DNA of 64,000 nt from Candidatus Obscuribacteraceae bacterium (GTDB lineage Bacteria > Cyanobacteriota > Vampirovibrionia > Obscuribacterales > Obscuribacteraceae). The stretch spans positions 896,001 to 960,000 of the forward strand of contig JBGASG010000001.1 in the NCBI GenBank assembly GCA_044229845.1. Direction: 5' to 3'. The notes beneath the pieces were generated by a model. That model was not told the origin of the DNA, did no database searches, and saw only the letters and a program-made list of their open reading frames with translations. The translations under genes were made by a program, and so were the position numbers. Shown piece by piece: positions 58,365-64,000 of this stretch. Numbering within the stretch: the stretch's first letter is position 1; the number at the start of each line of letters is the position of its first letter.

Positions 58365-58395
58365 AAACCCCGGCCTGCCCGCCGGGGTTTTTTTT
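58365..58395 (+). terminator. Rho-independent terminator
   Basis: AAACCCCGGC-ctgccc-GCCGGGGTTT followed by a T-tract. Confidence 0.85.
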
Positions 58396-58402
58396 GCCCA
58401 AA

Positions 58403-58535
58403 TCCGCCGCCCCGCGTTTCTCCGCCCCGCATTTCCGCGCCGCCGCGCCCCGCGTTTCTTCGCCCCGCGTTTCTTCGCCGCCGCATTTCCGCGCCGCCGC
58501 GCCCCGCGTTTCTCGCCGCGTCTCCGCCCCCCGCG
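58403..58535. repeat. Degenerate GC-rich tandem repeat (ccgccccgcgtttct / ccgcatttccgcgccg units)
   Basis: Visible reiteration. Confidence 0.75.
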
Positions 58536-58537
58536 TG

Positions 58538-58654
58538 TGGCCGCCATGGCGGTCACCAAAGTGCTGAATTGCCCGCCGCCGCGGCCAAACCACCTCTCCA
58601 TGGCCGCCGTGGCAAGCCAAATTCGAGCAATGCCGGCCGCCACGGCGGTCACGA
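58538..58654. repeat. Second copy of the four-unit palindromic element seen at 33159
   Basis: Units at 58538, 58570, 58601 and 58634; last unit followed by CGA, as in the first copy. Confidence 0.8.
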
Positions 58655-58691
58655 ATTCTCCACGCGCATTTCGTGCTCACTACTTGTTGTG

Positions 58692-59483
58692 CTACTTATT
58701 AGGTGGTGCTAATTTTGCAACGAGTAGTCTAACTGGTTCGACGCAATAGACTGGGATTACAACGACCGCACGACCAGCCACTTCGCACAGAGCAGCGAAG
58801 GATTCTGTCAATGCTGACGTGCCACCCTTTTCCAACTCCTGCAGGTGGGTGCGGCTAACGCCAGCTTTCTCTGCCATTTTTCGCTGAGACAGTTTGACTT
58901 CGTTGCGCAGTCGCCGCAGGAAACCACCGAGTGGTGTTTCTTTTGTCAGTACCAAGATTCGTTCTGCAGGTGGATGCGCTTTCGCCTCAAGGCACTCCAG
59001 ACAATTCAGCTTGTGCTCCTCTTGTGTGTTCAACGCGATGGCGGGTTGGTCGAATCTTATCGTGTTGTTGGTCGATTTTCCGTTACTGAAAAAGTTGAGA
59101 CTTCCGGAGTAAGAGATCAGTCCATCGAAAACAGCGACCTTCACGTGAATGTCCTCGAGCATTGTGACGTGTGCTCCATATCCCCTCAAGAGGTTGATGA
59201 TTCCTTGTAGTTCGTTGAATTCTGTTTGCGTAACGGGGTCTAGCAAATCGCGGCGCACATACCAGTTATCCGGCTGGCGCACAAATATGCAGACCTGCAC
59301 ACCTCTGCGAATGCATTTCACTAGTTCGTACAGAAACACCTTGAGTGCTTGCAGACCGATATAGACAGTTTGAATCAGCACATAGTGTTTCGCAGCCCTC
59401 AGGTCGGCGAGAAAGGGTTCCCGGAAATTGTGGTGATGGTATTCAACGCCAGCTTCGGCTGGTCGTGGCAGTCGTTTTTCCAT
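58692..59483 (-). CDS. PLD-like (HKD) domain fused to a C-terminal XRE HTH
   Basis: IHVKVAVFD...YSGSLNF; LRRLRNEVKLSQRKMAEKAGVSRTHLQELEKG. Confidence 0.8.
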   Translation of the reverse strand: MEKRLPRPAEAGVEYHHHNFREPFLADLRAAKHYVLIQTVYIGLQALKVFLYELVKCIRRGVQVCIFVRQPDNWYVRRDLLDPVTQTEFNELQGIINLLRGYGAHVTMLEDIHVKVAVFDGLISYSGSLNFFSNGKSTNNTIRFDQPAIALNTQEEHKLNCLECLEAKAHPPAERILVLTKETPLGGFLRRLRNEVKLSQRKMAEKAGVSRTHLQELEKGGTSALTESFAALCEVAGRAVVVIPVYCVEPVRLLVAKLAPPNK

Positions 59484-59704
59484 AAAGACACCTCGGCGGT
59501 GAAGGGGCGCGTAATTGATAAACGCTTCCGGAGCGGAAAAAGTTCAGCGCTTGATGTGTCAATTAATCCGCTTGGCTACTCGCCGTCTGGTCCCGTGCAC
59601 CGCCCGCCTGAATAAGGTTGCCGACGGCGAGGTATAGCCTAGATGGCGCTCTTGGTCGCTAGATGACGCTCCCGGTCGGTGTTACTAAACCTCCTCGATG
59701 ATGA

Positions 59705-61699
59705 ATGGATGAGTTGAAAGAGGACGTGGCGCGGGCAACCGCGACCGATGCGGATGCGTTGGTCGGCACCGTGCTGGATGGCAGATATCGCCTGCTCAAG
59801 TTGATTGGGCGCGGCGGTTTCAGCGCTGTCTATCAGGCGCTCCACGAAGAGACCGACCGCCTCGTCGCCATCAAACTCCTCCTCCCGCACTTCTGGGATG
59901 ACACATCGAAGATCCGCCGCTTCCAGGCTGAGTCGCGCACGCTCTCGACCCTCGAGCATCCCAACATCGGTCAGGTCTACGCATTTGGTGTCACCCCTGA
60001 TGGCAGTGCGTACCTCGTGCTCGAGTATCTTCCGGGGCGAACGTTGCGCGAGCTCATCCCCGAAACCGGCATGCCCACTGACGAAATCATCTACATCTTC
60101 AAGCAGATTGCTGCCGCTGTCGCCTTTGCGCACGACCGCAACATCGTGCACCGCGACCTGAAACCCGACAACGTCATCGTGCTCGATCACGCCGCCGAAA
60201 AGACGTTCGCGCACGACGTGAAGGTGCTCGATTTCGGCATCGCCAAGCTCCTCACCGCGGACGCGGAGCAACGCCAGAAGTTAACCGCCACCGGAGTGGT
60301 GCTCGGCACGCCTCGCTATATGAGTCCCGAGCAGATGGGGTCTGCGCAGCCGGATGTGCGTTCCGACATTTATTCATTCGGGTGCATCCTTTACCAGGCG
60401 CTGGCTGGACACCCACCGTTCAGGGGCGAATCCGCGGCCGACCTTTTGACGGCGCATCTCACCCAGCCACCACTGGCGATACCGGAACGCGCCAACGACG
60501 CAGGAAAGCCGCGTAAAGCACTGGCGAAGATCGCTCTCAAGTGCCTGGCGAAAAACAAAGATGACCGTGTGCAGAGCATGCACATCGTCGGCGACCTGCT
60601 TGATGAAATCGAAGAGCACGGTGATTGCGATCCCGGAACAGTAACCGTCTCCGGACGGACGCCCCGATTGCGTCTGCGTTTAATTGGATTGGCGTTGTTG
60701 GTGCTGACTGCGGCCGTTTCGCTGTTCGAGATCATTTCATCGACATCCGTTCCTCCTCCTTCAGCAAAGGACGCCGTCGAAACAGAGCGTCCGCCTGACG
60801 CTCGGTCGCTCGCCTGGCTCGGCACGGACACCAGGGTGAAGGCACTCGAGACGTTCGGCGACGCACACGAGGACGCATCTAAGCGGATTCACCTTTTTGA
60901 AGAATCTCGCCGGTTGTTGACTGAAGCTGTCGACAAAGCCTCCGACCCTAAAGACAAGCGAAACTATCAGCACGAGCTGGCGCTGACACTGGGTTGTATG
61001 AACCGCGATCCTGCGGGTGTCCGTGAGGAGGCGGAGGCGTACTACAAATGCGCAGAAATGGATGCGCAGCTGATCAAGCAAGAGCACGATAAGTTCGAGC
61101 GCTTCAAAATGCGCCGCCGGCAGGCTGCCGCATACCAGAAAGCGCTGGTCTATTACATGTTTGCCTTGAATGATGCCACCATGTCCAAACGCTTGATTAC
61201 GACATTGGTGGCAAACGATAAGCGCGAACATGATCCCACCTGTTACTCGCTGTGGGCGCAGCAAATGGTGGCTCGATATGCGCGCAAACCCGCTGAAGCC
61301 GCTGATTGTGCCGACGGCGTTCTTACCTACCTTCAAAAACATCCGTATCTCGATGACTTCGGATTGGTGCGACACATCGAGGAATCCATCGTCGATTACA
61401 TGGAAGCGGGAATGACACTCGAACAAGCTGAGAAACGAGCCGCCGACCACCTGCCCGAACTCTTGAAAGAGGAGCAGAATCTGGATGTGATGCCTGAAGT
61501 TGATCAGCGGCTGCGCGAGCAGATCCGGCTGCACCGGTTTCACGCCTATGAGATGCGCAGTTATCTCGGCAACATGGGTACGGTGCCGACGTGGGCGTCG
61601 ACTGCCTTCGCGTGGACGCAGCCAGCCGCCGCGTGGGCGCAGCCAGCCGCGGGAACGCAGCCGGCCCGACCGGGAAAAGAGGACGGCTCCCGTGATTGA
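59705..61699 (+). CDS. Membrane Hanks-type Ser/Thr kinase
   Basis: GRGGFSAVY, VAIK, HRDLKPDN, DFG, YMSPEQ, TM helix. Confidence 0.93.
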   Translation: MDELKEDVARATATDADALVGTVLDGRYRLLKLIGRGGFSAVYQALHEETDRLVAIKLLLPHFWDDTSKIRRFQAESRTLSTLEHPNIGQVYAFGVTPDGSAYLVLEYLPGRTLRELIPETGMPTDEIIYIFKQIAAAVAFAHDRNIVHRDLKPDNVIVLDHAAEKTFAHDVKVLDFGIAKLLTADAEQRQKLTATGVVLGTPRYMSPEQMGSAQPDVRSDIYSFGCILYQALAGHPPFRGESAADLLTAHLTQPPLAIPERANDAGKPRKALAKIALKCLAKNKDDRVQSMHIVGDLLDEIEEHGDCDPGTVTVSGRTPRLRLRLIGLALLVLTAAVSLFEIISSTSVPPPSAKDAVETERPPDARSLAWLGTDTRVKALETFGDAHEDASKRIHLFEESRRLLTEAVDKASDPKDKRNYQHELALTLGCMNRDPAGVREEAEAYYKCAEMDAQLIKQEHDKFERFKMRRRQAAAYQKALVYYMFALNDATMSKRLITTLVANDKREHDPTCYSLWAQQMVARYARKPAEAADCADGVLTYLQKHPYLDDFGLVRHIEESIVDYMEAGMTLEQAEKRAADHLPELLKEEQNLDVMPEVDQRLREQIRLHRFHAYEMRSYLGNMGTVPTWASTAFAWTQPAAAWAQPAAGTQPARPGKEDGSRD

Positions 61700-63593
61700 T
61701 CCCGAGGAGCTAATTGCGGAACCGAGCGCGCCGGACCTGGTCGACAAACTCATCGATGGTAAGTATCGCGTGGTGCGTCTCTTAGGCTGCGGCGGGCTGG
61801 CGGCGGTCTACGAAGCGATTCACGAAGAACTCGGACGTCGCGTCGCCATCAAGGCGCTGCTCCCGAAGTGGGCATCAGAGACGCACCAGATCAAAAGATT
61901 TCGTCGCGAGGCGCAGCTGCTCAGCGAAATAAGTCACCCCGGCATTGCCGCTGTGCATGCATGCGGATTGACTGCCGATGGTCAACTCTACCTGTGCCTC
62001 GAGTTCGTCGACGGCACGGCCCTCGATGACTTTCTCAAAAAAGGAAACCGCCTCACGTCCGCACAATGTTGTTCGCTCTTTCTGACCCTGGGCAGCGCGG
62101 TGGCATTCGCTCACGAGAGCGGCATCATTCATCGCGACATCAAACCGCAAAACATCATGATTGCCCTCGACGAAACCAGCGGCAGCATCACCGCGAAGTT
62201 ACTCGACTTCGGCATCGGAAAAATATTCTCGGACGAGGTCGGGCAAAAGCTGACCGCGACCGGAGCCGTGATCGGCAGCCCAGCGTACATGAGCCCCGAG
62301 CAGTTTTCCGGCGGCAGCGTCGACACGCGATCGGACATCTATTCGTTTGGTTGCGTCCTGTACGAAACGCTGACGGGCAGCGCCCCTTTCCAGGCTGAAA
62401 CCGCATTTGAAATGATGGACCTGCACGTCAGCCAGGCACCAAAGCCGATACCACCATCGTCATCGTCGCCGCCTGGAGATCCGGCCCGCGATTCGCTGGC
62501 GCAGGTGGCGCTCAAGTGTCTGGCGAAAAAGCCCGATGATCGATTTGCGTCCATGACCGAGGTGTGCCAGGCGCTCCAGCAAATTCAAGATGCCCCGACT
62601 ATCCCGCTGCGGTTTCGCAAGGCGACTGCATCCCTGTCCAAACCAACTGCGCACGCCGCCAAGCGCCGTGCCGGACGCCGGCGCTTACCGCTCATAGCGG
62701 CGCTTGCCGCCGCTCTCGCTGTCGCGGCGTCAGCCGCGTTTCTTGCCCAGAACAGGACGCAGCCGACCGCGCTGGAGCCGCGTCTCGAAGTCTTCAGCGA
62801 CGATGAGCGCCAGGGCAACAATGCCTACGACCGAGGCGTGGTCGAGACGGATCCGTCTAAGCGCAAAGCCTTGATGAGGCAAGCGGCTGCCAAAATGCGT
62901 CGTCTGCTGGCGTCTTCGCACCAGCCTCGCTTGGACGCAGCCCGCCGGCTGGTTTTGGCGCGCTGCCTGCGCGAAATGCCCGAGGATCCGCAAAGTTTGC
63001 AGGAGTCGCGCCTGCTGTTCAGCCAAGTCCTCCAGATGGCCATCCAGAACAGGCACCTGGTCAAGGAAAGCAACGCGCGCCATGACGTAGCTAATACCGT
63101 CTCCGACTGCTATCTCAACCTGGGCATTATCGACATCCTGGAAAACAAGTTCGATGATGCGGTGGGAAACTTCGAAAGCTGCCGCAAGGAACAGCTGGCA
63201 GGCGGTTCAGAAGGTGACTGGGGACCGCTGTGGGGGCTCGAGCTGGCTTATCGCTATAAGCGCCAGCCGCAGGAGGCGGTGCGGTACGCCCAGTTGAGCG
63301 CCCAGATGTTTCATCTGCGCAGCCTGGACGATGATTTGCGTGGCATGATGCTGGCGGATGCGGCGCTCGATATCAAAGAAGCCGATAAGTGCACGCTGGA
63401 GGCGGCCACTGCGATTGTGCGCAAGGTGGTCGGCGCGCCCACCGCCAGCGAACACCGCGACTTGCGCAATCAGGCAGCTCTCAATTACATGGATAAGGTG
63501 CTGGCCGGCATCGACGACGCGGAAAACGCTCACGCCTACGAAGTGGACAGTCGCATGCTGTTTCGAGACCCGCGACCGCCAAATCTCAGATAG
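61692..63593 (+). CDS. Membrane Hanks-type Ser/Thr kinase with TPR-like external domain (GTG start)
   Basis: GCGGLAAVY, HRDIKPQN, DFG, YMSPEQ, TM helix. Confidence 0.92.
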   Translation: MIDPEELIAEPSAPDLVDKLIDGKYRVVRLLGCGGLAAVYEAIHEELGRRVAIKALLPKWASETHQIKRFRREAQLLSEISHPGIAAVHACGLTADGQLYLCLEFVDGTALDDFLKKGNRLTSAQCCSLFLTLGSAVAFAHESGIIHRDIKPQNIMIALDETSGSITAKLLDFGIGKIFSDEVGQKLTATGAVIGSPAYMSPEQFSGGSVDTRSDIYSFGCVLYETLTGSAPFQAETAFEMMDLHVSQAPKPIPPSSSSPPGDPARDSLAQVALKCLAKKPDDRFASMTEVCQALQQIQDAPTIPLRFRKATASLSKPTAHAAKRRAGRRRLPLIAALAAALAVAASAAFLAQNRTQPTALEPRLEVFSDDERQGNNAYDRGVVETDPSKRKALMRQAAAKMRRLLASSHQPRLDAARRLVLARCLREMPEDPQSLQESRLLFSQVLQMAIQNRHLVKESNARHDVANTVSDCYLNLGIIDILENKFDDAVGNFESCRKEQLAGGSEGDWGPLWGLELAYRYKRQPQEAVRYAQLSAQMFHLRSLDDDLRGMMLADAALDIKEADKCTLEAATAIVRKVVGAPTASEHRDLRNQAALNYMDKVLAGIDDAENAHAYEVDSRMLFRDPRPPNLR

Positions 63594-63632
63594 GGCGCGA
63601 GATACAGGCGTGCACGCCTTGTGAAATAGCTA

Positions 63633-63661
63633 TTGTCAAGCTTACCTCTGAAACCTATAAT
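63633..63661 (+). promoter_or_regulatory. Sigma70 promoter TTGTCA-17-TATAAT
   Basis: Near-consensus hexamers with 17-bp spacing. Confidence 0.7.
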
Positions 63662-63713
63662 CAACCCATCCCTCCGCTGCGATCCACCACGTTCGTCAGG
63701 ACTTACTACCCTC

Positions 63714-64000
63714 ATGGGTCAAACTGCAGACGAGCCTCGCCCGGGCGAGGATGCCGTTGCCGGCAAGAATAAGGTGCCCGACAAACCCGACCAACCGGGT
63801 GCCGGCTTTCGCCTGGAATTCCAGGACTGGGTGACCGACCAGAAGAATGTCGGGATGACCCTCCAGCTTTCGACCGTCGGCGACGGCAACAAGTTCAATC
63901 TGCAAAACGGGCTGACTCACATCGATTTCAGCCTCCAGGACCCTCTGCGGGCTGAAACCGAGAAGCTTTTGCTCTCCCAGGCGACCGACAAGATTAAACC
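63714..64000 (+). CDS. Hypothetical protein, 5' part only
   Basis: Open frame from ATG 63714 (MGQTADEPRPG...) to the window end, downstream of the promoter. Confidence 0.55.
   Translation, partial: MGQTADEPRPGEDAVAGKNKVPDKPDQPGAGFRLEFQDWVTDQKNVGMTLQLSTVGDGNKFNLQNGLTHIDFSLQDPLRAETEKLLLSQATDKIK

Noticed and set aside
58308..58680. Arg/Gly-rich ORFs
   Set aside because: Products of GC-rich repeats that span a terminator.

Overview
Bacterial chromosomal window. Gene content (crtE-DUF212 pair, many exported TPR, caspase and CHAT proteins, Hanks kinases, TonB systems) suggests a diderm Cyanobacteriota relative such as Vampirovibrionia/Melainabacteria; this is an inference. From left to right it holds: (1) a tightly packed sulfur-oxidation operon (persulfide dioxygenase-rhodanese, SorA-like Mo enzyme, cytochrome c, CcoN-like oxidase subunit, partial); (2) an ~18 kb locus of five exported clan-CD proteases (3 caspase-like, 2 CHAT); (3) nested in that locus, a four-gene putative RiPP cluster: Cys-rich secreted precursor, PHM/DBH-like copper monooxygenase candidate, DUF692 MNIO and DUF2063 partner; (4) an accessory tract ending at tRNA-Val(TAC), with an AbiEi antitoxin, a truncated AbiEii toxin and trmB; (5) a Fur/Zur-box-controlled TonB, Fur-family regulator and TonB-dependent receptor cluster; (6) a Phd-VapC TA pair; (7) housekeeping genes (CoA transferase, Usp, Dps, MoaCB, OppD, Nnr, two S66 peptidases, acyl-CoA dehydrogenase, CrtE, DUF212); (8) a tandem-RHH gene, a PLD-XRE gene and two Ser/Thr kinases. 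The best candidate for an undescribed system is the MNIO plus copper-monooxygenase RiPP cluster. All calls come from motif recognition by eye; no searches were run.
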